A DNA stretch of 64,000 nt from a virus. Location of the stretch: IMG/VR virus record IMGVR_UViG_3300027396_000022, positions 14,773 to 78,772 of that record; one strand, 5' to 3'. Position numbers and translations under genes: made by a program. The notes under the pieces were generated by a model that was not told where the DNA came from, searched no databases, and was given only the letters and a program-made list of their open reading frames with translations. Position 1 is the stretch's first letter; each line of letters starts with the position of its first letter. This document shows, in pieces, positions 9,551 through 20,761 of the stretch.

Positions 9551-10055
9551 AGCTGAAGATTATTGTGAGCTTCTTCCCGAAATTCGACTCAAGAAATACG
9601 GTGGTTGGCTTGTGGCCGAAGCCATTGAACAGGAAGAAATTAGTAAACTGCAAAGCCAAGCTACTATTAAAGCTGTGCAACTGGCTAAGCGTATTGCCAC
9701 TGCAAAGGACATCCCATTAGACGAAGCTTTCGGTTTACTTCAAGGCGGTGGCGGCTCTATTACTGAGGCTGAGCTTCTTTCCGAATACACGGAAGAAACC
9801 CTCAGTATGATTACCAGCGGCTCTTCAGTGGAAAGCACTAACGCTCGTATGGTTACTGCCTTTATTCGCTCTCGCGGTCAAGGCTTAATTGACGGGGAAT
9901 GGCAAGACCTTTCTGATTGGGAATTGGATGATACCAAAAATCTGCCTCGCAAAGCCATTGCCAAAGTGGTTGAATTTATTGCCGAAGAACAAAATGCTGA
10001 GACGCAGGAGGCAGTGGCCGCAAAAAAAGCAACGAAGAGGAATTCTCCTCAGTAG
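9519..10055 (+). CDS. Tail assembly chaperone (gpG-like)
   Basis: Upstream of tape measure; A_AAA_AAA at 10022-10028 followed by GAGGA-ATTC-TCCTC hairpin. Confidence 0.7.
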   Translation: MSKYSFLLQTKAEDYCELLPEIRLKKYGGWLVAEAIEQEEISKLQSQATIKAVQLAKRIATAKDIPLDEAFGLLQGGGGSITEAELLSEYTEETLSMITSGSSVESTNARMVTAFIRSRGQGLIDGEWQDLSDWELDDTKNLPRKAIAKVVEFIAEEQNAETQEAVAAKKATKRNSPQ

Positions 10056-10495
10056 CAGAAATGCTGGAAGCGCGAGCGCGTAACCAGTTAAAGGGACTGA
10101 CAGATTGGAATGAAATTTATTTCCGACTTTCTGCGTCGGATTTTCATGATAGACGATGGCATGCTGATCAATTTGGTCGGCAGCCATTGTCTGACATTAA
10201 GCGTGCATTGAAATATTTAGACAAACACGACATTGCAAAATACAATGTGCAGAGCGTTGCTATTGCAAAGCTTGGCACTATGGCCGCTGGCATGATGGTA
10301 GGACGCAAGTCTAAAATTAAGCCGGAAGACTTTCTGCCCTTTGACACTAAAGCCATCAAGAAAGATACTGGCGTTACTGATGCCAGCTTGATTGTTCTTC
10401 AACGTTTAATGAAGACAAGAAAAATGGACGGCAGGGTGATTGCATTGCTCGCCGATGATTTAAAAGCTTTTTCTGGGCGTAATCAAGAGCAATGA
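10022..10495 (+). CDS. Tail assembly chaperone gpGT extension (-1 frame)
   Basis: The -1 frame from the slippery site runs into ORF 10061-10495. Confidence 0.65.
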   Translation, partial: KKSNEEEFSSVAEMLEARARNQLKGLTDWNEIYFRLSASDFHDRRWHADQFGRQPLSDIKRALKYLDKHDIAKYNVQSVAIAKLGTMAAGMMVGRKSKIKPEDFLPFDTKAIKKDTGVTDASLIVLQRLMKTRKMDGRVIALLADDLKAFSGRNQEQ

Positions 10496-10529
10496 TTATT
10501 GAATGAAGGGAATGTGATTAGAAAGCAAG

Positions 10530-13500
10530 ATGGCAGCTCAAGACGCCGAATTGAAGCTTAAGGTAAGTCTTGACCTGGCATTTTTCAGGCAGCAATTAGC
10601 AGGGCTTGGACAAGCTGCTGCTGGCACTCCATTGCCAGTGCAAATTAGATTTGATAGGCGTAGTGTGCAAAACGAGCTTAATGCTCTTGGCGCAAATATT
10701 AGACGCAGAAATTATACGCTTAATGTTAACACTAATTTAAAGGCTGAAATTGAGAATGCGTCTAAATTGGCTAAAGCTCTGAATGAGCTAGGAAGATCCA
10801 GAGGCACCGCTCAGCAAGGGATCAATCAACAGCTTGGGCTTGGTCAATTGTTAAAAGGCCCACAATCTGGGGGTATTGGCAGTAAAGATGTAGAAAGGCT
10901 TTATCGTGCAGCGGCTAGGGCTGGCATCCTTGAATACAGCAAAGAAGTAGCGAGAACAAAAGCTTCTGCGGTGGCAGCACTAGAAGAGGTTGGCAGCGAT
11001 AGCGTAAAAGGTCTTCTTAATGGCCTTAAGAGCGAAGACGAAAAGTTGAGAGCAGCAGCCGAATATCTTGGAGAGTCTTTAATTAAGACGGTAAAGAATG
11101 TTCTTGGCATTGCATCGCCTTCTCGTGAATTTAAGAAGATTGGCCAAAATGTAGGCGAAGGTTTCCAGCAGGGCATGATGTCCTCGATGGATAAAGCCTT
11201 CGATGCAGTAGAAGGGCTAATGCGGGCACGCATGAAAGTGCTCGATACTATTGCTCGCGGCATGTTCCGCATGGCAGGCATTGACCCTGCTGCTATCAGG
11301 GCCGAAGCTGCTCAACGCCGCGCATTGCCTGGCGTTAATTTCCCTGCGACAGTGCCGCCTCGCAATGTTTCAATTGGTCCGTCTGGAACAGGTAGAGCAT
11401 TGCCGCCTGGAGCCATTCCTTCTGCATTGCCTGGCACTGCATTTGGTGCGCAACGTTATTTACCTACTGCATTAAGTGACGAGCTGAAAACAATTTTACG
11501 TGGAGCCGCATTTGCTTTTGTTGACTCTCTTAAGCAGCAAGTAAGAAGCACTCGCATTGGCCTTGGAGCAACACAACAGCCTTTACTTGGGGCCAGTCGT
11601 ATTGCTGGCTTACTTCCCGCTGGCGTTGGTCGTGCTCCCAGCGTTTATTCAACAGGTGCAGTTGGCGGCGAAACCCGCGCAGAAATGATGGCGCGTCGCG
11701 AACGTGAAGCCCGCATGCGCTCGGATTTACGTGGCATGGATGTAATCGGAGGTGGGGCTGGTCGCACTCCTTCTCCTTACAGCTATGCGTATCGCGGGGC
11801 GCGTCCCACTAGCGCCATTGTTCCCTATGCAACTGGAGGGGCAATTGTACCTCAGCCGTCGATGGCGGGAGGCGGTGCGCAGCCTCCTGCCGGCGGCGGT
11901 GGTGGACGATTTGGTGGCTTTGGTGGCATGATTCCAGGCGCTGGTGATTTTGGTCGCGCCATTGGAGGAGTGAATCTACCTGGCACTGGAACAATTAGAG
12001 AGCTTGGACAGGAGTTTGGTTTTGCCGCTAAGCAAGTTGTGTTGTTTGGCCAGGCGTATAAATTACTTGCATTCATTCAAAATCTTCCAGCGCAAGTGGG
12101 TGCAGCAGTTGGACAATTACAAAGTTTTAGGAATACATTAAATGCAGTCACTCCTTCCACTGAAGAGGCTCGGGCGTCTAATGAGCTTTTGCTCGGACTC
12201 ATGGAGAAATATAACGTGCCTTTGCAATCAGCACGTGATGGCTTTACTAAGCTATACGCTTCCATGGCTCCCGCTGGTTTCAGTGGAAACGAAATCAGAG
12301 ACTTATTCACCGGCATTACAAAAGCTGCGGCCACGTTTGGCATGAGCGCAGATAAAGTTGATCGCGTTAACTATGCCTTTGCTCAGATGGCTAGTAAGGG
12401 GCAAGTGATGAGCGAAGAACTTAAAGGTCAGTTGGGCGATGTTCTGCCTGGTGCAATGGCTTTGTTTGCTGAAGCAGCAGGATTTAAAGGGCCTAAGGCC
12501 ATTCAAGACTTTTCCGCTGCCTTGGAAGATGGCGCCTATAAAGGAGAGGCAATGGTTGCATTGCTGAAAAATGTAACTGTTGTAATGAATAAAGAGTTTG
12601 GTCCTGGCGCTGAAGGCGCGGCGCGAACTTTCCAGGGCGTAATGAACCGCATGCAAAACTCAATGGCTCTTTTCTATGAGAGCTTTGAACCTGTTGCAGT
12701 GGGATTCTTGAATAGCGTTGTTGCCCCGATGACGGACGGCATCAAACAGCTTACCGATGGACTTAATGCCTTTTTTACTGGTACAGCAGCAAAAACAGCA
12801 GGAGGATTTGCTATTGCTCAAGAGCTGGAGCGGCTGCGTCCGGCATTTGATGGCATTGGACAAAACGTGTCTACTTTTGTTGTTCAATTGGGAGAACTTG
12901 CAAGAGTTGCTCTTGATGTTGGCAAGGTATTCTTGCAAATTGCTGGCAATCCAATTGTTGGTTATCTTGCAAAGCTTTATGCGATTGCTCTTCCCATCAA
13001 TATTGCGCTTGGCGTGATGCGTGGATTGTGGGCTGCTAATGCATTGCAACTGTTAATTTTCAATGCAAGAGTTGCTTCTGGTACTTCGACTTTATCAGCG
13101 TTCAGGGGGATGATGGCTGCAACAGGCGCTACAGCGCAAACTACTGCAGCTTCCATCCGCACTGCTGGTATCACCTTGCGCACTTTCTTCGCGACAACTG
13201 GCGTTGGCTTGGTTGTTGTTGGTATCAGTATGCTCATTGAGAAATTCCTGACAATGAACCAGGCACTGGCTGATACCAAAGCAAAGGCGATGGGTGCGGT
13301 GCAGGCTATTCGCTCAATGTCACAAACGGAAGCTCGCGCAGCCGAACAGCAGGCGCAGTCGGCCTATCAAACAATTGGAGCGATTGCAGGGCGTGGTGGT
13401 ACTCAGCAACCAGGCGGAGATCGTCTTGTTCCCGTGAGCGAAAGAGAACTTAAGCAACTTCAGGGACTTGGCGCCATTCGCTCGCAACAGACCCCAGGTG

Positions 13501-15146
13501 GCCCGATCTACGTGAAGAGAAGCGAGGTAATGGCTTTGGCTCCTCAAGCGCAGCGACTTCAAGCAGAGGCGGCCTTTAGGCAGCGGCAAATTAAAGCAGA
13601 AGAACAGTTGGCGCAAACCCCTGCTGTACTTGGTGCAATTCCACCTAGCGAAGGAGAAGGAAAGAAAAAGAAAGGGAAAGAACTTGATGAATATAATAGA
13701 AGTCAGCTCGATTTTATTAAGCAGCGTTTTGATAAAGAAAAACAAGTATTAGATCAGCAATTGCAAGCCAATTTGGTTTCAAAAACTTCTTACGATATTA
13801 AACTTGCTGAATTGACACTTGAAACTGAAAGAGCTGAGTTACAGGAAAGATTCCGATTGGAATCAGAGAAAATCCAAAAGGATAATTTAAGTGCCGCCGA
13901 TAAAGCTTTAGCGATTAAAGATCAAGAAGTGAAACTCGCCAATGGCTTGGCTATTGCCGAAAAACAGCGTGATATTGCGGTAAAGGGCGCCAAATTAGAA
14001 CTGCGCCAGCCCTTCATCGAATCGCTGCGCAGCGAAAATATGGAAATTGACAAGCAAAATGCATTGATTGAAAGATTGAAAAAGGGATATAGCGATTTAA
14101 CACCTGAACAAGAAGCATCATTTATCATTGAAGAAAAAGTTGCAAGATTAAAGGCAGATGAACAAAAACTGATTCAAACAGATATCGATAATTTAAAACA
14201 GCAAATCCAATTACGCATTGAAAACGCAAAGCTTTTAGAAAAAGAGCAAGGTTTGCAGTCGGCGCGACAAGGCTTAAACCTGATAGGAGCTGGTATGCAA
14301 GCGGGCTTCGCAGGAAGCGCGGCTAATGTTTTTGAAAGGACAATGGAACAATATGGAGATAGAAATTATGCCGCCCAATTGGCTGAAATTGAGACGGCAG
14401 CGATGAAACTTCGTAGTGTATTTGAGGGATTGCAGGGCGCCATTCAAAGCATTAGCGGAGCTTTTGCCAATGTTTTGACAGAGGGTGTGGCGGGAATGAT
14501 TGCAGGCACTGCCACTGCAAAAGAAGTATTTGCCAACTTCTTGCAAAGCGTTGCGCAAGCACTGTCTCAAGCAGCAGCGCAAATGATTGCCACTTACATT
14601 GCTATTGGTGTTGCAAAAATGTTTGCAGGAATGGGAGGAGGCTCAAACGCTGACATGTCAAAAACGGGCATCAGCGAAGGAACTCTTGCTCCCATGCGTC
14701 AGTATTCAATGGAGGGTCCCTTGACTGGCATGACTGGCATTGCGAATGGCGGATTCCTCTCTGGCGGTTTCCAAGCATTCGCCAACGGCGGCATGGTTGC
14801 TGGTCCCACTCTTGGACTCGTTGGCGAAGGCGGCGAAAGCGAATTTGTCATCCCATCTTCCAAGATGGAAGGTGCAATGAAGCGTTACAATGCAGGCGCA
14901 CGAGGGGCTGGTGTGATTCCCGCTGGAAGGGATGTATCCTCCATGGAAACTGGTGGAATAATGGTTACAAGCCCAATCGACGTGAGATACACTGTAGAGC
15001 GTATCAATAGCATTGATTACGTCACTGCCGATCAATTCCAGCAAGGCATGTCTCGCGCAGTGCAGCAAGGCGCTTTACAGGGTGAACAGCGCACACTCCG
15101 CAAGCTTCGTAATTCACAAACCACTCGTTCTCGTGTTGGGATTTAA
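10530..15146 (+). CDS. Tape measure protein A
   Basis: 1538 aa, Ala/Gly-rich helical; IASPSREF and FAQMASKGQVMSEELKGQLGD motifs. Confidence 0.9.
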   Translation: MAAQDAELKLKVSLDLAFFRQQLAGLGQAAAGTPLPVQIRFDRRSVQNELNALGANIRRRNYTLNVNTNLKAEIENASKLAKALNELGRSRGTAQQGINQQLGLGQLLKGPQSGGIGSKDVERLYRAAARAGILEYSKEVARTKASAVAALEEVGSDSVKGLLNGLKSEDEKLRAAAEYLGESLIKTVKNVLGIASPSREFKKIGQNVGEGFQQGMMSSMDKAFDAVEGLMRARMKVLDTIARGMFRMAGIDPAAIRAEAAQRRALPGVNFPATVPPRNVSIGPSGTGRALPPGAIPSALPGTAFGAQRYLPTALSDELKTILRGAAFAFVDSLKQQVRSTRIGLGATQQPLLGASRIAGLLPAGVGRAPSVYSTGAVGGETRAEMMARREREARMRSDLRGMDVIGGGAGRTPSPYSYAYRGARPTSAIVPYATGGAIVPQPSMAGGGAQPPAGGGGGRFGGFGGMIPGAGDFGRAIGGVNLPGTGTIRELGQEFGFAAKQVVLFGQAYKLLAFIQNLPAQVGAAVGQLQSFRNTLNAVTPSTEEARASNELLLGLMEKYNVPLQSARDGFTKLYASMAPAGFSGNEIRDLFTGITKAAATFGMSADKVDRVNYAFAQMASKGQVMSEELKGQLGDVLPGAMALFAEAAGFKGPKAIQDFSAALEDGAYKGEAMVALLKNVTVVMNKEFGPGAEGAARTFQGVMNRMQNSMALFYESFEPVAVGFLNSVVAPMTDGIKQLTDGLNAFFTGTAAKTAGGFAIAQELERLRPAFDGIGQNVSTFVVQLGELARVALDVGKVFLQIAGNPIVGYLAKLYAIALPINIALGVMRGLWAANALQLLIFNARVASGTSTLSAFRGMMAATGATAQTTAASIRTAGITLRTFFATTGVGLVVVGISMLIEKFLTMNQALADTKAKAMGAVQAIRSMSQTEARAAEQQAQSAYQTIGAIAGRGGTQQPGGDRLVPVSERELKQLQGLGAIRSQQTPGGPIYVKRSEVMALAPQAQRLQAEAAFRQRQIKAEEQLAQTPAVLGAIPPSEGEGKKKKGKELDEYNRSQLDFIKQRFDKEKQVLDQQLQANLVSKTSYDIKLAELTLETERAELQERFRLESEKIQKDNLSAADKALAIKDQEVKLANGLAIAEKQRDIAVKGAKLELRQPFIESLRSENMEIDKQNALIERLKKGYSDLTPEQEASFIIEEKVARLKADEQKLIQTDIDNLKQQIQLRIENAKLLEKEQGLQSARQGLNLIGAGMQAGFAGSAANVFERTMEQYGDRNYAAQLAEIETAAMKLRSVFEGLQGAIQSISGAFANVLTEGVAGMIAGTATAKEVFANFLQSVAQALSQAAAQMIATYIAIGVAKMFAGMGGGSNADMSKTGISEGTLAPMRQYSMEGPLTGMTGIANGGFLSGGFQAFANGGMVAGPTLGLVGEGGESEFVIPSSKMEGAMKRYNAGARGAGVIPAGRDVSSMETGGIMVTSPIDVRYTVERINSIDYVTADQFQQGMSRAVQQGALQGEQRTLRKLRNSQTTRSRVGI

Positions 15147-15149
15147 CAA

Positions 15150-15680
15150 ATGACTGCTCGCGACTACCCATTCTTCAGTGATCGTTTAGCTCTCGCTCAA
15201 TATGTCACTTTTTACGAAGTGGCCAAAAATGGCTCTTTAAATGGAGTTTATAGAGGGCAAAATTTCTTTATTAACGAGCAAGTAGATTACGATAATGGCA
15301 ATGGAGGGCAAGCTAAATACAACTTTGTACCTTTTGCTTTTACTGGCGTTACTGTTTCTAGGAACGGTGATAACGAAAGCACATCCTTAATTTTTCCTAA
15401 CAATGCAGTGGTCCGAGTCTGGACAACTGCTTTACTAGGAGCAGGAAGAAGATGGGTGGCACAAGTGGACACGTTAATTGTTGACCCTGATAATAGTGCA
15501 AAAAACAATCGCCTTTCTTCATACACAGGACAAGTAATTAGCGCGGGATGGGCTGGGCCACGATTGGAGATTCAACTCGGTTCAGTATTGGATGCTGTTG
15601 GAGCTGATGTGCCTCGCAGAAGAATTACAGAAGGAGCTTTTGGACCATTGCCAACCACTGCTTCCATCCGTATGGCATGA
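15150..15680 (+). CDS. Tail tip protein (gpL-like position)
   Basis: Homologous to 54961-55461 (PFxFTGVTVxRNGDN; LDAVGADVPRR). Confidence 0.6.
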   Translation: MTARDYPFFSDRLALAQYVTFYEVAKNGSLNGVYRGQNFFINEQVDYDNGNGGQAKYNFVPFAFTGVTVSRNGDNESTSLIFPNNAVVRVWTTALLGAGRRWVAQVDTLIVDPDNSAKNNRLSSYTGQVISAGWAGPRLEIQLGSVLDAVGADVPRRRITEGAFGPLPTTASIRMA

Positions 15681-16066
15681 CAATCTCGCCTTCATCCCTA
15701 ATTGGGCGCCCATATAAGCTCGGTGCAGATGGAAGCGGAACTGAAATTGATTGCATTCATTTGGTATATGCCACTTGGCGTTATCTTGGTATTCCTTCGC
15801 CAGCGTTTGAAAATCAATGGTATGTGGCATCAAATAGGTATATAGCGAAAGCAATTTTGCGATGGGGCGCTAGGATACAAGCACCCTACCAGGACGGGGA
15901 TTTATTGCTGCTACCAGACAAAACACACGTTTTTGCCGTGGTGTGGCAATCAGGCATCCTTTACATTAATAGAGACTTAGGAGCTGTTTCTTGGTGTCCA
16001 TTGAGCGCAATTCCTCCATGTCACGTTTTTCGATGCCGATCCTGCCTTACGAAAGGCAGCTCATAG
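15677..16066 (+). CDS. NlpC/P60-like tail assembly protein (gpK-like)
   Basis: LIGRPYKLG...IDCIHLV motif. Confidence 0.7.
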   Translation: MTISPSSLIGRPYKLGADGSGTEIDCIHLVYATWRYLGIPSPAFENQWYVASNRYIAKAILRWGARIQAPYQDGDLLLLPDKTHVFAVVWQSGILYINRDLGAVSWCPLSAIPPCHVFRCRSCLTKGSS

Positions 16067-19000
16067 AATTACTTGGCTGTAGCCCTGAGGAATATTGCGC
16101 TTTTAAAGAAGAAGTGATGCTGCGCTCCAAAGAGCGTCCAGCAGCGTACGAAGGCATCCCTGATATTGTCAATGGTGAAACGGCGTGGATTATTGCATCA
16201 ATTATTATTTCCATTGGCAGCACTGCAGCGAGTTATTTTCTTGCTCCAAAACCTCCCGAAGCCGGTGGAACAAAACAACGAAATAGACAGCTAGATAGCA
16301 TTGTCGGGCGTGATAGATTTGCTCCCACTTTTGGTTTTCAAGCGGGACAAGATATTTCTCGCTACGGCGAATCCATCCCCATTGTTTTTACAAAGCATTT
16401 TTATCAAGGATTCCTGCGTCAATACATTGGCGGGGTAATGATTAGCCCCAAGCTTGTATGGTCTCGTTCTTATAGCTGGGGACGTTTTCAAAGCATCGAT
16501 ATGATGTTCTTAGCAGGGCAAGGCCAAATGGGGCGTGGCCCTTATTCCACTGCAGCAGAAATTGCAGAAGATCGAGCTGGTGTTTATATTGGGCAGTCTC
16601 CCATTGATTCCCTTCTTCCTTCTGATTATCGATGGTTTTATTATCAGGGAGCTGCTGCAAATAGTAATGGCATTGGCTATGCAAATGATAGTAGGCTTGT
16701 TGCGACGCACCATCGCCATGGAGATTGGGGGGATGATGGTCCTCCTAATTCTGCGTTCTATGCCCCGTCTTTTGCTGGTGGTGACGCAGCCGGCTTTAGT
16801 CACTGTTTTTCTCCTTCTACGCAGCTTCAATTTGGCGTATATGGAGCTATTCCTAATGGCACACCTTTACGCTTAAATTGGCAAATTATAAGCAACATTG
16901 ATGACTACACAGACGAAACAAGAGATAGCAATAGGGCTAAGCGTGTGATGATTTGTGGCAATACCAGCATGAATGGCATTGGCAGGAATTATCCGAGGCA
17001 AATTGGAATTGTATTGCATAATAATTACGCCACTTCATTCACTGGAGACAACGGGGAATATAGAACTATTCAAAAAGGAGATACTATTACTCTTATATAT
17101 AATGCGCAGCGGCTTCAAAGACAGTTTTACGCAGAAAGTTATATCGATGAAGACAACATAGATACGCGGGGCCTTGATAACACTGAAATAATCACAACAT
17201 CGCAGTCTGAGCTTGAAAAATACGACGAGGTGTTGCAGCGTGGCACTTATTTCTTCGTGGGCAATTGTAAATTTATTGTCGACTCAAGAACACCAGCAGA
17301 TGAAATTTATAATAAGCGCACCAGGAAGGCATTTTCTATCAAATTAAAATGTGTTGAAGTTTATCCAGATAAACTTGGCTTTGGCCGCATTGGCATTTGC
17401 AATCCATCATATGTCAATAGCACCACTCCACTTCCGCGCAGCAGGGCTGCAGTCGGTACAGATATTGGGGCTCCATGGTTTCCCTTGTGTCAGGCAGAGG
17501 TGGCTTCGTTCCAGAACACTCGCAAGTGTCAATACACGGAAATAGGGATTAAGTCTAATGTTTGGTTGCGTTTCAATAATTTATGTAACTTTACAAACCT
17601 TCCAGAACCGGAGGCTCTTGATAACTTTGATAGCAAAAATATTATACTGTCTGCTGGTACATTACAAACATATACCACAAGGGCTTCGTTTTTCTTTATT
17701 TACGTAAAGCCCGCCAATGCTTCTTCTTCTCAAGACTGGCATTTGATTACTGACATCCCATTTTGCGTCACAGGTTCATCTCCTCAGGATAAATTTAACT
17801 TTATTCGCATTGCCCATAATTTTGATCAGTTTGAGTATCAATTGCGCCCAGTATCATCTTCTGAAATTGTTCATATTATTGGGCGAGATCAATATTGTTT
17901 CAGGCTTAACGCCGAGGCGTCATTCTTGCCTCAAGAAACAAAGCAGACGCCTTATGGTCCCTTCACTGTTTATACCAAGGGAACAAAGGATCAAATAAGC
18001 AGCTTTGCTACTAATGATGAATTGATTAATACAAATATTGATAAGGATGCTCAGTATTATACGGATACCGAAATTGGCGTAAAATTTGTTCGCGCAACAT
18101 TGCTTAGCAACGGAAGTACGGCATCTCCAAACCAATTAAGCAACGCAATTAGCAAGGCTATTAATAAGGACGCCGATCCAAATGCTTCTGAACAGGGATT
18201 TCCCGATATCCCATGGGGAGGCATTGGCGAGGGCAGTATTTACACTTTCACAAATCCAGAAGCAAACTTGTTTAGTGTTGCCCTTTCTAAGAGTGGCCTC
18301 TCCAAGGAAATGTCATTAAAAATGGACATTCAAGTGTATAAAGGAACTGCGTCAGGTGACAGAGATTTGTTTTGGCGCATTGTTGATATTCGGCCAATTA
18401 ATGTCACATCTGATAATAATTTTAAGTGGAGCAAGGGAGACGTATTTACGATTACAAAATCACTAATCAATCCTATTGATTCTGTTGTTTTTCATTTTGA
18501 AGTTACTCGTGGCATCTCTGGAAAGCTGCCTAATGCAACCGTGGCACCTGGGCAGTACGAACGTATTTTTGAAGGTAATTCTGCCATCGCTGAAGTTTCG
18601 CACTATGGAGATTTAATTAGCAGGAGTTGCGACAATGGCCCGGAGCATGAAGTGGTATATGTAAATGAAAGCCTTACGCCAACAAATATTCCCACTTATG
18701 AAGGATGCGCAATGGCCGGTCTTCGCATTCGCAGCGGACGCAACATGAGCCAGTTGGAGCAGCTTCATTTATATCAAAAGAATGGCATTCAAGTGGAGCT
18801 TGTAAGGAGCACTGGAAAGCCTTACGCGGTTGGTCCGTCGAATATATTTACGGATCTTGTGTATTATTTGCTGACCAACAAGCAAGCTGGCATGGGAGGA
18901 TTAGTTGGTGATTCAGTGGTTGATGTAGAGAGTTTTCAAGAAACCGCAAAATTTCTTGAAAGTAATTATTTGTATTACGACGATGTAATTACGGAGCCTA

Positions 19001-19893
19001 AAAATCTTAGGGATTTTATTGCTTCCATCGTCCCATCATTACTATGCACATTGTCCACTCGCAATGGGAAGATTGCTATTACTCCGGCATTACCCGCTCA
19101 GCGCACTGGATCTATTGAACCATTGGTAAGCGTGCCAATTCGTGCAATGTTTACTGATGGCAATATTATTGAAGACTCCTTTGAGCTGCAGCACATTTCT
19201 GCTGACGACAGAAAACCATTCAAGGCGTCCATTCGTTATAGGCAAGAAAAGACGAATCAATTCCCGGAAGAAAAAAATATTGTCGTCTACTACAACGACC
19301 AAGCTGATGCTCCTATTGAGCAATTTGATTTCACTCACATTACTTCACGCATCCATGCAGAGCAGGCAGCCAAGTATTTGTTGAGTTCACGCAGAAATAT
19401 TACGCATACTATTAGCTTCAAGGCTGTGCCATATGGCATTGCATTGGCTCCAGGCGATTACATTCGCGTTGTAACGCAAAGTAATATTTTTGATCCCGAT
19501 GCAAATAATGGCGTCATCTTAGACGATCAAGATGACAATGCAAATGATCCGCGCAAAGGTAACTTTGCTGGTGGCACCATTGTTTCTTTTGAGCCAATTC
19601 CAGATGGAAACCACCCGGTGTTTTTATGGGACAGGACAAATCAAGATGTGCAGGATACAACTATTTTGGTAAAGGATGGAATGGCTTTTAATCAGCGCAA
19701 TGCCATGTTCTGTCTTCGCAAAGACATTAATAGGGAAGAAGTGTACACGGTTGAATCTCTTCAGTTAGATGAAGATGGAATGGTAATGATTACTGCCAGT
19801 TATTTTCCTCTTTATGGCGGCACAGATTACAGTAAAATTGCATATGAGGTGGTACGCGGTGGACAAATTGGTTTCACCGTCGAAGCAAACTAA
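16033..19893 (+). CDS. Central tail tip/host-specificity protein (gpJ-like)
   Basis: About 1290 aa; YGESIPIVF and LAPGDYIRV motifs; homologous to 55783-59652. Confidence 0.75.
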   Translation: MPILPYERQLIELLGCSPEEYCAFKEEVMLRSKERPAAYEGIPDIVNGETAWIIASIIISIGSTAASYFLAPKPPEAGGTKQRNRQLDSIVGRDRFAPTFGFQAGQDISRYGESIPIVFTKHFYQGFLRQYIGGVMISPKLVWSRSYSWGRFQSIDMMFLAGQGQMGRGPYSTAAEIAEDRAGVYIGQSPIDSLLPSDYRWFYYQGAAANSNGIGYANDSRLVATHHRHGDWGDDGPPNSAFYAPSFAGGDAAGFSHCFSPSTQLQFGVYGAIPNGTPLRLNWQIISNIDDYTDETRDSNRAKRVMICGNTSMNGIGRNYPRQIGIVLHNNYATSFTGDNGEYRTIQKGDTITLIYNAQRLQRQFYAESYIDEDNIDTRGLDNTEIITTSQSELEKYDEVLQRGTYFFVGNCKFIVDSRTPADEIYNKRTRKAFSIKLKCVEVYPDKLGFGRIGICNPSYVNSTTPLPRSRAAVGTDIGAPWFPLCQAEVASFQNTRKCQYTEIGIKSNVWLRFNNLCNFTNLPEPEALDNFDSKNIILSAGTLQTYTTRASFFFIYVKPANASSSQDWHLITDIPFCVTGSSPQDKFNFIRIAHNFDQFEYQLRPVSSSEIVHIIGRDQYCFRLNAEASFLPQETKQTPYGPFTVYTKGTKDQISSFATNDELINTNIDKDAQYYTDTEIGVKFVRATLLSNGSTASPNQLSNAISKAINKDADPNASEQGFPDIPWGGIGEGSIYTFTNPEANLFSVALSKSGLSKEMSLKMDIQVYKGTASGDRDLFWRIVDIRPINVTSDNNFKWSKGDVFTITKSLINPIDSVVFHFEVTRGISGKLPNATVAPGQYERIFEGNSAIAEVSHYGDLISRSCDNGPEHEVVYVNESLTPTNIPTYEGCAMAGLRIRSGRNMSQLEQLHLYQKNGIQVELVRSTGKPYAVGPSNIFTDLVYYLLTNKQAGMGGLVGDSVVDVESFQETAKFLESNYLYYDDVITEPKNLRDFIASIVPSLLCTLSTRNGKIAITPALPAQRTGSIEPLVSVPIRAMFTDGNIIEDSFELQHISADDRKPFKASIRYRQEKTNQFPEEKNIVVYYNDQADAPIEQFDFTHITSRIHAEQAAKYLLSSRRNITHTISFKAVPYGIALAPGDYIRVVTQSNIFDPDANNGVILDDQDDNANDPRKGNFAGGTIVSFEPIPDGNHPVFLWDRTNQDVQDTTILVKDGMAFNQRNAMFCLRKDINREEVYTVESLQLDEDGMVMITASYFPLYGGTDYSKIAYEVVRGGQIGFTVEAN

Positions 19894-19895
19894 TC

Positions 19896-20276
19896 ATGAG
19901 TCTTCCAGACATCACGCCCACTTCTCGATCACTAAATCTTGGTCCATGGCCGCTTAAAACTTTCCGTCTCAATAATGGAGCTGAAATTCGGCGTCTTTAT
20001 GGCAATAGGCGAAATAATTTAGAGCTTGAACTTACCTACGAAAACTTACCAGACAGCGTGGCAAATCAATTTAGAGAGAAATATGATGATACAAAGGGAG
20101 GGTTTGATACATTTCGACTTCCAGGCAATACATTTGCTGGGTGGACAAGTGACTCTGGCACCTATATTGGACCCACTGCCAACGTTTGGAGATATAAAGA
20201 GCCTCCCACTATTACCAATGTAAAAAGAGGTGTTAGCACTGTGCAGGTGGTCTTAATTAGCGTGTTTGTTCAATAA
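19896..20276 (+). CDS. Distal tail protein (gpM/Dit-like)
   Basis: LELTYENL...FDTF...WRY motifs; homologous to 59658-60041. Confidence 0.55.
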   Translation: MSLPDITPTSRSLNLGPWPLKTFRLNNGAEIRRLYGNRRNNLELELTYENLPDSVANQFREKYDDTKGGFDTFRLPGNTFAGWTSDSGTYIGPTANVWRYKEPPTITNVKRGVSTVQVVLISVFVQ

Positions 20277-20318
20277 GACACGTTGGAACAATTAGACTAA
20301 TTAGTAGGTGACTGTGCT

Positions 20319-20759
20319 ATGACTTATTTCACTGGACGAAATGGGAAAATGGTGGTCGGTGGTTCTACCATCGCCAAGGTTACATCATGGTCCATGAACG
20401 CAGACTTGGACCTTTTGGAAACCACTGCATTAAATGATGCCAATAAAAGTTTTGTAGCCAATCTTCCTACTTATACTGGTAGTGCCACAATTTTATATTA
20501 CAAAGATGCTGCTGGCGCCTTTGAAACTGATGGCATTTTTGGCAGATTATTAAGGCGAAACGCATCACTAGCAACTGCTACTTTGCGGCTACAAATAGCG
20601 GACGGTAACACTGTGCGAGAAGTAGTTTTAGAAGCATTTATTACATCATTAGCCATTGGAAGTTCTGTGGGAGAAATCGTATCAGCAGATATTAATTTCC
20701 AGGCAACGGGAGACCTTGCCGATCCTACGGCTCAAGCACCTGCTGGTGTTGCATTGTAA
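20319..20759 (+). CDS. Tail-tube-fold minor tail protein
   Basis: TGRNG..VTSWS..ETTAL..FQATG; homologous to 60038-60454. Confidence 0.6.
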   Translation: MTYFTGRNGKMVVGGSTIAKVTSWSMNADLDLLETTALNDANKSFVANLPTYTGSATILYYKDAAGAFETDGIFGRLLRRNASLATATLRLQIADGNTVREVVLEAFITSLAIGSSVGEIVSADINFQATGDLADPTAQAPAGVAL

Positions 20760-20761
20760 TC